From: Candidatus Heimdallarchaeum endolithica
GTDB taxonomy: Archaea; Asgardarchaeota; Heimdallarchaeia; Heimdallarchaeales; Heimdallarchaeaceae
Assembly: GCA_021513715.1 (NCBI GenBank)
Contig: CP084167.1
Span: forward strand, 896,001 to 960,000
Direction: 5' to 3'
Length of the DNA stretch: 64,000 nt
A program made the position numbers and the translations under genes. The notes beneath the pieces are model-generated. The model did no database searches, had not been told where the DNA came from, and saw only the letters and a list, made by a program, of their open reading frames with translations. Of the stretch, positions 50,394 through 61,725 are shown piece after piece (the first letter of the stretch is position 1; the number at the start of each line of letters is the position of its first letter).

Positions 50394-52577
50394 TTATGGA
50401 ATATATAGTAACATGGAGTACAGGTGTTCTCTAGTAGTAAATGTTCTAGTATCATAGAATTTCTTTATTACAAGAAGGTTATTTGACTGATATTGGATTG
50501 ACTTCATAAATTCTTTTACTATATCAGGAATATTGTAAATATAGAAACCAGCACTGTTCAATATTGCAATATAGCGGATGTTCAATTTTTCTTTTAAAAC
50601 TGAAAACCATTCTTGTTTAGGATGTTTAAGAAGAAATTGCCTAAAGGTTTGTGACTCGGGAAAAATTAATCTACTATAATTATGTATATAATATATTTCA
50701 AAAGGATATACGATAATTAGCTCACTTCTTGGTAGATAATTATTAACGTAATCTATCAGTTTAATTTCAAAAAGTTTCCAATGATATAGATCTTCATCAT
50801 CATTATTGAAAGGATGCAAAATAGGATATAAAACAGGATCATTTATTGTTTTAAAACCAAAAATAATGATAACTGTTGAAAATAAAACATTAATAGTAAG
50901 CATCGCAACTATTGTTATTTTCATTAAAGTTGAAATAACTTTAACTAAATTTTTTGCTTTGCTTAAAATTACACCAATTGAATTGATTTCTTTAAAAAAT
51001 AAAGATAGAGCTTCACTGCTTACAAGTGATAATACTGGAAGTAGTAATAGATAATATCTAGATAAACTAGATGTTACAAACAATTTTTGTAAGATTAGCA
51101 CAGGGATAATAATATACAATGCTAAAAATTTCTTTTCGATATTTCTTTGGAAAATACTATAAATTAACCATATAATTGATAGAGAAACAATTATTGAGCC
51201 AAGAGGTTGGTTCACTTTTCCTATGTTAACTGCTGAGATAATATATAAGTTATTTTTTCTGTATGTTTCAATAAATAAGGTAAATCTAAAAAACACAATT
51301 AAACACACAAAAACTACTGATGATAAACATATTGAGAGAGCTCTCTTAACTTTAATGTTTGTGAATATATCTAAAAACGAACTACTTTGCATTAAGAAAG
51401 TCATAAATAAAGCAAAAAGAAATAAATAATATACCATTATTAGTGAAAAAACGTTTGGTTCTACAAAATTAATATCAAATATATTAGTGTAGGGATAAAA
51501 TATTTCTCCAAAGTTAATAAAAGTTATTACATAGCGAATTGAGCCGATGAAAAAAGTAAGAAACGGGCCAAAATAAAGGTATGATAAAGAAACCCTATGT
51601 TTCTTGATTTTAGAGTTGAACTTTCTTTCTAAGAAAATTCTAAATGCTAAGTAAAATATATAATTTACCAATGATATTTGTTTTGAACAAATCATCAAAC
51701 CAATAAAAATATCTCCAAGAAGAATTGATTTTTTTCTATATTTTGCCTTTATATCTTGAATATTGAATAATATTGCTGTTAAAAAAAATGATAATTGAGA
51801 AACATCATTGTTCATAGTTGAAGATACTGAAATTAGGGCTGGACAACTAATGAATATGATAATTGTAAGACTTTTTGAATTTTTTTGTATATTAAAATAC
51901 TTAAATATTTCATATATAGCCAATACAGAAATTGTTAGAAAAATAGGATTGAGAAAACGGACTGGAAAATCACAATTTGCGATCTTAAATAACATATAAC
52001 CAATAATATGAAAAGGAGAAATATCATAAAAAAAGTGATAATTTAGAAAAGGATAATCTCGAATATAAGGAAAAGAGTTGATCTCATAGAGAAATTTTAT
52101 CATAGGCATATGAGTAAAAATAGCATCTGCGCTTGTAGTAGGAAATAATATTGAATGATAAAAAGTGAAAAAAATAAAATACAAAACAATAAAACTTGTC
52201 GATTTCTTAAGAGTAAAATTATTAAAAATGTTATTTATTTTCTCCTTTAATTTTCTTAGAAAATTGATTTGTTTCAACTGAAACTGATTATATATTTTCT
52301 TAAGGTTGTTTATTATATTATAATAAGTAAATATAAGATTTTTATTAACAATAATAAAGAATATTGCTAATGTAAAATTCATAAAAATATAAAAAATTAA
52401 GGTTTTAATGTCTAAAAATAAATAGATTATACCCATTAGATAGTTAAATACTATGTTTGATGATAAAATAAGAATTATATTAGAAGCTTTCGATGCATTA
52501 TGATTATATAAAAATATACAAGGAAATAGAATTGAAGCTATTGTAACTAAAACTGTAGAAAACATGATTGACACCAT
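50394..52577 (-). CDS. GT-C-like (ArnT/PMT-type) multi-pass membrane protein
   Basis: ADAIFTH acidic loop after N-terminal TMs, MNND, SKQ, RYYL; C-terminal soluble domain. Confidence 0.6.
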   Translation of the reverse strand: MVSIMFSTVLVTIASILFPCIFLYNHNASKASNIILILSSNIVFNYLMGIIYLFLDIKTLIFYIFMNFTLAIFFIIVNKNLIFTYYNIINNLKKIYNQFQLKQINFLRKLKEKINNIFNNFTLKKSTSFIVLYFIFFTFYHSILFPTTSADAIFTHMPMIKFLYEINSFPYIRDYPFLNYHFFYDISPFHIIGYMLFKIANCDFPVRFLNPIFLTISVLAIYEIFKYFNIQKNSKSLTIIIFISCPALISVSSTMNNDVSQLSFFLTAILFNIQDIKAKYRKKSILLGDIFIGLMICSKQISLVNYIFYLAFRIFLERKFNSKIKKHRVSLSYLYFGPFLTFFIGSIRYVITFINFGEIFYPYTNIFDINFVEPNVFSLIMVYYLFLFALFMTFLMQSSSFLDIFTNIKVKRALSICLSSVVFVCLIVFFRFTLFIETYRKNNLYIISAVNIGKVNQPLGSIIVSLSIIWLIYSIFQRNIEKKFLALYIIIPVLILQKLFVTSSLSRYYLLLLPVLSLVSSEALSLFFKEINSIGVILSKAKNLVKVISTLMKITIVAMLTINVLFSTVIIIFGFKTINDPVLYPILHPFNNDDEDLYHWKLFEIKLIDYVNNYLPRSELIIVYPFEIYYIHNYSRLIFPESQTFRQFLLKHPKQEWFSVLKEKLNIRYIAILNSAGFYIYNIPDIVKEFMKSIQYQSNNLLVIKKFYDTRTFTTREHLYSMLLYIP

Positions 52578-52725
52578 TATTTTATAATTAAAGAGAGAAA
52601 TTTAACTAGGGTGTAATAAAGAAAAATTATATTGATAATTAAGAAAACAAAAAACTTCCATAGTACATTAAAAAGTAATGTAAACTTTTTTTGTATAAAC
52701 ACATGTTGTTCGAAACATATAATCA

Positions 52726-52838
52726 ATATAAAGTTATTGCTAAAAGAATGTTCTATACTCCCACAACTGGGCAGAAGGAGAAGAAATAATTACAAGTGTA
52801 GCATATAAAGTTATTGCTAAAAGAATGTTCTATACTCC
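52726..52838. repeat. two perfect 36-bp direct repeats separated by 41 bp
   Basis: ATATAAAGTTATTGCTAAAAGAATGTTCTATACTCC at 52726-52761 and 52803-52838. Confidence 0.9.
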
Positions 52839-53121
52839 AGAAGAAAACGTTGGAAGTTAAGTCTTTTTCATAGCTCAAGAAACTGAATAACATGAAAGAA
52901 TACTTTAAAGATTAAACACTTGTCACATATTCAACTCTATTTATCATTCAACTTTAGTATCTAATATTTTTTTATTGATTTCATCGATTATATTCTTTCA
53001 AGAGCTGATAGTGAAATATTTTTGCTTTCTAATGTGAAATAACTGTTAATTATTTATTAAGTCTTTGTAGCATCTATAAAGAAAAATATAACTAAAATTA
53101 ATTAATATTTATAAGTTCATT

Positions 53122-55068
53122 TCATTTTAAGTTATTTCTTTTTTCAATTTTTTTCTGATATATTGTAATTCCTACCGTAACTAGAATAAATAATATTGTT
53201 CCTGCAATTAAAAATAGGATAGCAATTATATTAACTCCTTTAGGATAACTTTCTGCAGACATTGGATTAGTACCTTTCATCATTTCTTCTAAATCAGAGA
53301 AGCCATCATTATCCGAATCTGGTTTATTAGGGATTGTTCTATAAATATATTCTTCTAAATTTGATAAACCGTCACCATCATAGTCTTTGGATGAATCATT
53401 TAAGTTTGGATTTAAACCATAATTTACTTCCCAACCATCAGGCATACCATCACCATCAGTATCAGCCTTCAAAGGGTCAGTTCCATAATAATATTCTTCT
53501 ATATTCGATAACTGATCTTTGTCAGGATCATTATCGGTCTCTTTAATCATAGGATTGAGATTGTTTTCTAGCTCCCATTTATCTGGAAGACCATCTAGAT
53601 CTGTATCTGAATTGTTTGCAGATGTTCCAATAAGAAATTCGTCATAATTTGATAATCCATCGCAATCGTTATCTTCAAAACTATCATTAACCAACTGATT
53701 CAAATTGTTGTTAACTTCATAAAAATCAGAGATTAGATCAAAATCAGTGTCATTAGAGTATGGGTTTGTTTGAAATTTGTACTCTAGATAATCAAATAGT
53801 TGATCATTATCTTCATCACCAAATGTATTATTTTCACCCACATTAAAACCATAATAGATTTCCCACCAATCACCTATAGAATCGTTATCTTTATCAATAT
53901 AAGTAAAATTTAAAGGAAAGGGATCAATAGAATAAGCAGGACCATCTATAGAATAGAAGTTTGTTTTGAAAGTAAAATCAGTCCAATAATTTCCCTTATT
54001 TTCTGAATAAGAACACCAAACATTGTTTTTTTCATTTTCGTATGCCTGTATTGATAATTCATTATTTTCAAAAAATATGTTTTCATATATTTGAACATTA
54101 TTTGAATTATATAGAATGACACCATAGTCCTTATTCATTATCAAATTATTATTATCAACAAAAGAATCAACAGTTCCTCTGATTTCTAAACCATAAACAA
54201 GATTGTTCTTAAGAGTATTATTAGAAATAACTATGCTTTTTGAATTTTCAGAAAAGATCCCAGATTGTGTATTTTGATTACAAAAATTATTTATTACTTT
54301 GGATTTTTCTGACTGATACAAATATATTCCATAATAATTTAGAGAACAATTATTATAAGTTATATTTGTAATTGATCCTTGAGAATAAATTCCATATAAT
54401 ATATGATTTACTAAACTATTTTTATTAACAAAAATATCTAAGGAGCTTGTAATATAAATTCCATATAGCTGATTGTCAGCAAAGATATTATTTTCAACAC
54501 CTATATTTTTTGACATATCAACTTTTAAACCAGTGTTATGGTTCCTTTGAAATTTATTGTTCTCAATTCTTAAGAGGGATGAATTTTCAATATTAATGCC
54601 AACATAATTTTCTTTTAGTATATTATTAGAAATATTAGCACTTATGCTTGTGACATTATTGATGAAAATTCCATTTTTGCTATTATTTATTGTACAATTA
54701 TAAATTATAAATGAACCATTAGAAATATTCTCAATTGAAATTCCTCTCTCTCCAGCATCGATATAACAATTTTGTATTATGAAGCTTACTGTTGTAGAAT
54801 TTATTGTAATACCATTTCCGTCAGTAACAATTGTTAAATTTTCAATAATATAAGGATCTGAAGTGGTTCCTGAACCTTTAAAAACATTAAAATCTGCATT
54901 AGAGTTAATTAAAATTGGATTTGTCTGGGTAACTTCTATAAAGGGTGAAATATTGGAAGAGTGATTGAGAAGGTATACCGCATTTACATCTATCGCAAAA
55001 AATAGAATAAATAAATACAATTTGATGAAGACTTTAATTTTAACCAGAAAAAGTGCTTTTTTATGCAT
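53122..55068 (-). CDS. surface protein: right-handed beta-helix (NosD/CASH-like) plus Ca-binding TSP3-like repeats and C-terminal TM
   Basis: PILINSNADF...GSGT..DPYII, N-rich repeats, GNYW, multiple DTDGDGMPDGWE/DxDxDGLSN. Confidence 0.85.
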   Translation of the reverse strand: MHKKALFLVKIKVFIKLYLFILFFAIDVNAVYLLNHSSNISPFIEVTQTNPILINSNADFNVFKGSGTTSDPYIIENLTIVTDGNGITINSTTVSFIIQNCYIDAGERGISIENISNGSFIIYNCTINNSKNGIFINNVTSISANISNNILKENYVGINIENSSLLRIENNKFQRNHNTGLKVDMSKNIGVENNIFADNQLYGIYITSSLDIFVNKNSLVNHILYGIYSQGSITNITYNNCSLNYYGIYLYQSEKSKVINNFCNQNTQSGIFSENSKSIVISNNTLKNNLVYGLEIRGTVDSFVDNNNLIMNKDYGVILYNSNNVQIYENIFFENNELSIQAYENEKNNVWCSYSENKGNYWTDFTFKTNFYSIDGPAYSIDPFPLNFTYIDKDNDSIGDWWEIYYGFNVGENNTFGDEDNDQLFDYLEYKFQTNPYSNDTDFDLISDFYEVNNNLNQLVNDSFEDNDCDGLSNYDEFLIGTSANNSDTDLDGLPDKWELENNLNPMIKETDNDPDKDQLSNIEEYYYGTDPLKADTDGDGMPDGWEVNYGLNPNLNDSSKDYDGDGLSNLEEYIYRTIPNKPDSDNDGFSDLEEMMKGTNPMSAESYPKGVNIIAILFLIAGTILFILVTVGITIYQKKIEKRNNLK

Positions 55069-55303
55069 AACATCACTGAATAATGCTAATATTTTAGTTT
55101 ATTGGAAAGGAAAAAAATATAAATTTTTTGTAAATGAGTTTAGAAATATTTAAAGTTATCAAAAGCTGGTTTATTACTCTTTTTCAAATCTATTATAAGG
55201 ATACGGTAATTAAGAATTGTATATAATTTTAAAGTTAATCATAATATTTACTTTTTTCTAGATACACTATCGTGCATCTTGTCTGAAAAAATAATTTATA
55301 CTT

Positions 55304-57424
55304 TTATTCATCATTTAAATAGTTGTAACTCACCTCGAATATGCTTACTGAACCTTGAGAAAAAACTGGTGTTAAAAATTCAATTTTATTGAATATTTCA
55401 ATTGAATAATTTAATCCTATTTCTTCCATTTTCATAGCTAAATAATTAGGGCGATCATCTGAAACAAAGATATGAGTAATAGAGTGGTTGTATAAGTAAG
55501 TTAACGCTGTATAGGTGTCATTAAATTTAAGAATAGCTGAAAACAGTTCAAAAACTGTGGTTTCTGTATATGACATATCTGCAGAAGAATAAAAAGGATA
55601 ACAAATCGTTTTATTTTGAGGATAAACATAAAGAGGAATAAATTGCCCATAAGGATCATTAAGAATAACCATTGAACCATTATAATTTTTTATCCAGGCG
55701 TAAGAAGCTAACACATCATCGTTATAACTTATTGCTGTGCGACTTGGAATTATGTAGCTATATATACTAAATGATATAAGAAGTACAATAATGAAAAAAT
55801 ACTTACGTACATCTCTCAAATGTTTTATATTTTTTATATTTTTTCTTAGTTTATAAAACAGTTCAACTTTTTTATGTTGGAGATGAACTCTATTCTTGAA
55901 ATTATAAATATGTTCTTTGACAAACTTACCTGAAATGATAGGAGCTAAAATTATATTATTAATTTCATATACACGTTCTATCCTAAACAAGTAGTTAGCT
56001 AAGGGGAAACGGATGAAACGGCCAGTAAAAATCTGAATTTGCATAAAACTTAGAAAAAAGAATACAGAAATAAAAAATATTGAAACTCCAAATAGTTTAA
56101 CATCTATATTTTTTCTTTTTTTAAATAAAAGAGTTATCAAAAACAAAAACGAGAATAGAAATGAAAAGTAGAAAAATGAAAAATAATATAATATTAAATT
56201 AATTACCACATTACCAAAAGAAAAAAGTCCAATTTCTCCTGTTTGTCCTTTTCTTATGTAACTCCAAATTACAAGTAACCATGATGATTCCTTCGTGAAA
56301 AAAGTAATGCTTCCACCTAGATTTAGTTGCGTAAGAAATAGAAAAAGAAATTCATCAAAAAAAGCGATTAATACTTCGATTAAAGCAAAAAAAAACAAAA
56401 TAATAACTAAACTATAAACTTTTTTTATATTTCTATATTTAAAAATGTTAAATGTAGCAATTACAATTGTGCCAATTAACGCAAATCCTAATGTGTTAAA
56501 ATGAGTTAAAGAAATAGCCATAAAAATAAAGATAATAGTTAAATGATTATATAGAGAAGAATTATCATTTATTTTTAGCATCGCATCTAGATAAAATACA
56601 AGGATAAGCAAAGAAAAAGTAAAGGGATAACCACCCCATTTAGTTAAGAAAATAAATTGTGGTGTTAAAAATGCCAAAGAAACCATAGTTTCAGTTATAT
56701 AGTCTTTAAAATGACTTCTATATAATAAATATAACACAAAAAATAACAAGTTAAATATAAAATGAATGCTATTATTAACAAAAATTCCCATATTAATGTC
56801 AAAAAAACTAAAAAAATAATAATACCATAATAAAAAACAATGAGATAGAGGAGGATAAAATAAATTTTCATTTAAATAAAAGTCAGGTGCAATAATTTTA
56901 GACCAGCTTGGAAAAAGATTTTTTTGATTGAAAATTAGCAATAATTGGATAGCATGACCTTTAGGATCGTCAGCATTTGGTAATACTAAGAGTAATCCTG
57001 GTAGAATAGTTAGGAAAAATATAACTAGTAAAATAACAATTTTTATAATTCTTTTATTATAAAAAAAATTTTTTAGATAGTTTAATATTATGTTAAAATG
57101 ATATTTTATCAGTGTTTTATTTTTGTTATAAGTAACAAAACCTAAAATATAGATTATAGATATATAAATTAAAATTATATAATATGGTAACTTAAATAAA
57201 ATAATAAAAAATAAAAAAAATGAAGAAGTTAATACACCAATGCTTATATTTTTTAGAATAAAATTTGAAAAGTTACTATTAATTTTTCTATTTTTTGTTG
57301 CGTTAATAATAAGCAAATAAGTAGGTATTATTTGAGTTATGATAAATAATATTAAAAAGCTTAATTGTATAACTATGTTCATCAGTATAACATAAAAATT
57401 AATGTTTACGTTTTGAAGAAGCAT
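55304..57424 (-). CDS. GT-C-like multi-pass membrane protein (paralog of 61726-63861)
   Basis: LPNADDPKGHAIQ, FYPPLSH, KWGGYPF, ILND, ITHIFVS. Confidence 0.6.
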   Translation of the reverse strand: MLLQNVNINFYVILMNIVIQLSFLILFIITQIIPTYLLIINATKNRKINSNFSNFILKNISIGVLTSSFFLFFIILFKLPYYIILIYISIIYILGFVTYNKNKTLIKYHFNIILNYLKNFFYNKRIIKIVILLVIFFLTILPGLLLVLPNADDPKGHAIQLLLIFNQKNLFPSWSKIIAPDFYLNENLFYPPLSHCFLLWYYYFFSFFDINMGIFVNNSIHFIFNLLFFVLYLLYRSHFKDYITETMVSLAFLTPQFIFLTKWGGYPFTFSLLILVFYLDAMLKINDNSSLYNHLTIIFIFMAISLTHFNTLGFALIGTIVIATFNIFKYRNIKKVYSLVIILFFFALIEVLIAFFDEFLFLFLTQLNLGGSITFFTKESSWLLVIWSYIRKGQTGEIGLFSFGNVVINLILYYFSFFYFSFLFSFLFLITLLFKKRKNIDVKLFGVSIFFISVFFFLSFMQIQIFTGRFIRFPLANYLFRIERVYEINNIILAPIISGKFVKEHIYNFKNRVHLQHKKVELFYKLRKNIKNIKHLRDVRKYFFIIVLLISFSIYSYIIPSRTAISYNDDVLASYAWIKNYNGSMVILNDPYGQFIPLYVYPQNKTICYPFYSSADMSYTETTVFELFSAILKFNDTYTALTYLYNHSITHIFVSDDRPNYLAMKMEEIGLNYSIEIFNKIEFLTPVFSQGSVSIFEVSYNYLNDE

Positions 57425-57842
57425 AACTTCAAGAAATGAAATTTAAATATAAATTTTATGTTTACCAATGTAAAAATGCTGAAAAACGAATTATCTATAT
57501 TTGATATATTATTTAAACTAATAGATTGATGAATACTTTTGATAATCATTTTATCAGGTATAAGAATAGAAAATGTCAGAAAATGATGAATATTTAGTCA
57601 CTAAATTTGTGTTTATTTTTGGACAATAAAGAAATATGAAGAGAAGTTTATTCAGATAATCTATTTTCTTCTGAAGCATTATAACTTCAGTTTTTCTTAA
57701 TTTTTTTTGATTACTATTAGGGTTATTCACAACATATTATTTACTTCTGTAAACAACTTTCTATTTTTTGTTTCTAATATAGGTAGAAAAATACAAATTA
57801 GATTATTCCATAAAATTAAAATGTTAATCAATTTATTCTAGT

Positions 57843-58973
57843 TTGAATAATATGAAACTGTTATTTGTTTTGCCTAAAAGTATCGAAAGTTTAGGAGGTA
57901 TTGAAACTACAGTCAGAAATATAGTAAAAAAATTAGAAATTAAAGGATACAAAATAGATATCCTTTGCACAGAATGGAAACAGAAAGGCGTAAAAATTGA
58001 TAATTATTCACAAAATATTCGATTAATAAAAGTTAATAGAATAATTTTTAAGAACAAGATTTATCTGTCTCCACAGATAATAAAATATTTTAATAATATC
58101 AAATATGAATATGATCAAATACATATCCATTCACTACATTCACTTACAAGTCTTTGCTTATTATACTCAATAAAAGAAAAAACAGTTTTCACCCCTCATT
58201 TTCACCCATCATCAGGTAGTGGCACTGTTGTTATGAAGTTACTATTGAATCTCTATCTAAAAATTTTTGGGAAAAAAGTACTAAGAAATGTTTCTAAGCT
58301 AATTGCAGTATCAAATTACGAAAAAGATCTTATTGTAAAGCTTTTTGAATTTAATAAAGACAATATAGTTGTTATTCCACATGGTATTTCAGAACGAATA
58401 AAAACCACAAATCAATTTACCACTCCACCAAAAAACGTGCTATATATTGGAAGATTCATCAAACAAAAAGGAGTAATGCATATTCTTAATGTATTTGTAG
58501 AACTTAAAAAACAGTTTGAAGATTTAAATTTAACTTTAATCGGAGGAGGTCCTCTTATTAATAAAATTAAGAAGTTTATAAAGAGAAATAATATTACTGA
58601 CTCTGTAAACATTTTTGAAAATGTACAATCAAATTTTATATATGAAAGCTACAAAAAATCAGATTTATTTCTAATGTTGTCGAAATACGAGGCATTTGGT
58701 ATTGCAATTGCTGAAGCAATTGCATCAGGAGTCCCAACAATCGTTAAAAGATCAGGAGGAATAGCAACTTATCTAATAAATGGAACTAATGGATTTTTTA
58801 TCGATAATGAAAAAGATATTAGACATATTGTTGAAGTTGCTACAAAAATTCTTTCAAATAATGAATTGCGAAACAAATTAAGAAATAATGGAATAAAACT
58901 TAAAAACAAGTTGTCTTGGGAAAAATCTGCTATTAAAACAGTCAGCTTAATTACTAGCAATTACCTTGAATAA
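57843..58973 (+). CDS. GT4 glycosyltransferase
   Basis: GGIE, YIGR...KG, EAFGIAIAEA. Confidence 0.9.
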   Translation: MNNMKLLFVLPKSIESLGGIETTVRNIVKKLEIKGYKIDILCTEWKQKGVKIDNYSQNIRLIKVNRIIFKNKIYLSPQIIKYFNNIKYEYDQIHIHSLHSLTSLCLLYSIKEKTVFTPHFHPSSGSGTVVMKLLLNLYLKIFGKKVLRNVSKLIAVSNYEKDLIVKLFEFNKDNIVVIPHGISERIKTTNQFTTPPKNVLYIGRFIKQKGVMHILNVFVELKKQFEDLNLTLIGGGPLINKIKKFIKRNNITDSVNIFENVQSNFIYESYKKSDLFLMLSKYEAFGIAIAEAIASGVPTIVKRSGGIATYLINGTNGFFIDNEKDIRHIVEVATKILSNNELRNKLRNNGIKLKNKLSWEKSAIKTVSLITSNYLE

Positions 58974-59146
58974 ACCATCACCAATGACTAATTACTAAGT
59001 TATGATGTATACTAACAATCCTTAAGGTAATTGTTTGAGATGTTATGGTTTGAGGTAAAGACACACAAAAACTAAAAAAGGATAACAATAATTATATATG
59101 AAAATTAAAGTTTCTTGCAAAGAATGATGATGCCAAGAGGGGTATT

Positions 59147-60298
59147 ATGAAATTACAAAATTTCAACAGGAGTATGATTTTATTATTAGTAATATTTTAC
59201 TATTTAAGTTTAACATCCTACTCTGTTATAGGCTATGATGAAGAAAGCCCAAGTATTTTAAATGTGACACATTCTCCAGCGTTTCCTAGCAATAAGGATA
59301 ATATAACAATTTTTGCAGAAATTTACGATGAATCAGGTATTGGTTCAGCCTACTGTATTTATAGAATAAATAATGATGGTTGGAAAAATATATCTATGGA
59401 AAATATTTACTTAAGTAATTATCATGTACAAATAGGCCCTTTTCCACATGCGACAAAAGTGGAATATTATATACAAGCCGTTGATAATTCAGTTAAACAT
59501 AATTATGCAATAAATGATAATAATGGTACTTTTTTTAGTTTCACTGTTGATAAAATGCAAGATAACAGCCCTCCAAAAATTGAGAATGTAAATTACAGAA
59601 TAGAAAAAACAAATGAAGAATTATCAGTAACTGTAAATGCAAATATCTATGATGAAAGTAATCTCAAAACTGTAAATTTATATTATAAATTTGATCAATC
59701 TGAATGGATTTCTTCAAATATGAACTTTGTAAACGACACATTATATAAAAAACAAATTTCACCTATTAAATCATCTTACAAGTCCATGTTTTTTTATATA
59801 GAAGCCATAGATAACTCAATCAATGAAAATAAAGCAATTGCTGATAACGGTAGTTTATATGAAATAGCATTAAAATCAGATGATCTAAATAAACCTTTAA
59901 TAAGTTCCGTTTTCTTCAAACCCGTAAATCCAACAGACAAAGAAACAATAACAATAAGCGTTAAAGTTAGTGACGAAACAGGAATCAGCAATATTGTTCT
60001 TATTTATTTCTACAAATTAAGATGGTTTTCAAAGAATATGCTACCTTCAACTAGAGAACTTTACCAATGCGAAATAGGACCGTTTAATGAAGGTGATGTA
60101 ATCAATTTTTATATAAAAGCAGTAGATAACTCATCTCATAGGAATATAGCTATTGATAATAATAATAATAAATATTATTCTATTGTTATTAAAATGAATA
60201 CAGATACAGTTGATTATAATAGTAATATAATTTGTTCTGTAATTTTCATAATAATGTTCTATACTATTACAAAAGATAAATCACATAAAAATACATAA
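59147..60298 (+). CDS. secreted protein with three Ig-like repeats and C-terminal hydrophobic anchor
   Basis: Three units P.I..V...I.DESG...Y...W...M...YI.AVDNS. Confidence 0.75.
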   Translation: MKLQNFNRSMILLLVIFYYLSLTSYSVIGYDEESPSILNVTHSPAFPSNKDNITIFAEIYDESGIGSAYCIYRINNDGWKNISMENIYLSNYHVQIGPFPHATKVEYYIQAVDNSVKHNYAINDNNGTFFSFTVDKMQDNSPPKIENVNYRIEKTNEELSVTVNANIYDESNLKTVNLYYKFDQSEWISSNMNFVNDTLYKKQISPIKSSYKSMFFYIEAIDNSINENKAIADNGSLYEIALKSDDLNKPLISSVFFKPVNPTDKETITISVKVSDETGISNIVLIYFYKLRWFSKNMLPSTRELYQCEIGPFNEGDVINFYIKAVDNSSHRNIAIDNNNNKYYSIVIKMNTDTVDYNSNIICSVIFIIMFYTITKDKSHKNT

Positions 60299-60311
60299 TT
60301 TGTGATTTATC
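60275..60311 (+). terminator. 11-bp inverted repeat spanning the stop codon
   Basis: GATAAATCACA-N15-TGTGATTTATC between convergent genes. Confidence 0.35.
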
Positions 60312-60480
60312 ATCATTGTTATTTAACAAATATTTTTGTATTCAATTTTTTTAAATTTGTGATATTTTCTTCTATTTTTCTGCGGATTCTATTATCAAAC
60401 AAACTATAAATATGCTTTAATAAAAAATATATATAAGAATAAATTCTAGACACAAGTTAGACAAAAGTAAAATAAAAATG

Positions 60481-61668
60481 CTAATTATCAATTAGCTCGT
60501 TGTAAAAATTAACGATTTTTTCTCCTAACGTTTTCCAACTAAACTCGTTTGAATTGAAATCTGCATGTTCATTAATGCTCTGCAGGATTTCTTCCAATTT
60601 AGATAAAAATGTTTCTTCATTTTCATACAAATAGCAGCGGGGATATTTCTCCTTGAAAAATCTATGTGGTTTTATGTCGGTTGCTAATACAGGTTTCAGT
60701 AATGATGCATATTCTAAAATCTTTAGCGGAAAACTAGGCTTATATATCTCTAGATCTGGAATATGAGAAACACAAATATCGAATGATTTAATCCAAGAAG
60801 GTATTTTTTCATGATCAACAGGATTAAGAATATAAAGTTTATTTGACAAATTATATTTATCTCTCAATTCTTCTAATTTATGCTTTCCGGTGCCATCACC
60901 GATAAAAACTAAATTTAAAAATGGAAATTTTTTTAGGGATTTGTAAAAATAATATACTAATTGTTCTAAATTCCTTTGCATTTCTAGTGAACCTATATAG
61001 CCAAGAGTGATACTGTCTTCATCTAAATTAAGAATACTAGAAATATCAATAGGCAAGATGCTTGTATTAAAAAAATCTAAATTAATACCAGATGGTATAA
61101 CAATATATTTATAATTTTTCGGTAAGTGTTTTTTGTAGAAATTGTGTAATTCTTCTGTAATGAAAATAAAAGCAGAAATCCTTCTTATCAATATCTTTTC
61201 AATTGTAGATATCAACTTTACATATAATTTAGTAAATAACTTTGGTACATATCCACTAGTTTCACCTATATATATCCAAGGACTTCGCAATTCATAAATT
61301 ATTTTTGAATGCTTTCTTATTTTTTTATTGAATAATACTGCAGCTAGAGATGACATTGGATATATAGTATGTATTATATCAATTTCATTATTTTTTGATA
61401 ATTCTTTTATTTTTCTGTTTGCATTCCAAATAAATTTCAAATTTCCAATAGTTGTATAAGGGTTACCTGCAACTGTGATAACATTTTGATTAGTTTTATT
61501 TTTCTCATTATTCTCGCAAGCTATTACAGTTACCTCAGTATTTCTTGCGTTGTTAATACCAAGAGTTATATTTACTAGGTAGGTTGACAGTGCCTTTGTT
61601 GAATGAAAAGGAAAATTTTGTATTATTACAACATATAGTTTTTTTTCAATATTGTTCACTCTCTTCAT
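60481..61668 (-). CDS. GT4 glycosyltransferase
   Basis: GYIGSL, FIGDG, FPLKILEY, PVLATD. Confidence 0.88.
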   Translation of the reverse strand: MKRVNNIEKKLYVVIIQNFPFHSTKALSTYLVNITLGINNARNTEVTVIACENNEKNKTNQNVITVAGNPYTTIGNLKFIWNANRKIKELSKNNEIDIIHTIYPMSSLAAVLFNKKIRKHSKIIYELRSPWIYIGETSGYVPKLFTKLYVKLISTIEKILIRRISAFIFITEELHNFYKKHLPKNYKYIVIPSGINLDFFNTSILPIDISSILNLDEDSITLGYIGSLEMQRNLEQLVYYFYKSLKKFPFLNLVFIGDGTGKHKLEELRDKYNLSNKLYILNPVDHEKIPSWIKSFDICVSHIPDLEIYKPSFPLKILEYASLLKPVLATDIKPHRFFKEKYPRCYLYENEETFLSKLEEILQSINEHADFNSNEFSWKTLGEKIVNFYNELIDN

Positions 61669-61725
61669 TAAAGTGAATTTTATTGTATTATAAAAAAACT
61701 TTATGAAACATTAAAATGTAGGCTA

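Noticed and set aside
52726-52838. Annotation as a bona fide CRISPR array
   Set aside because: Only two repeats, atypical repeat sequence, no cas genes or clear leader
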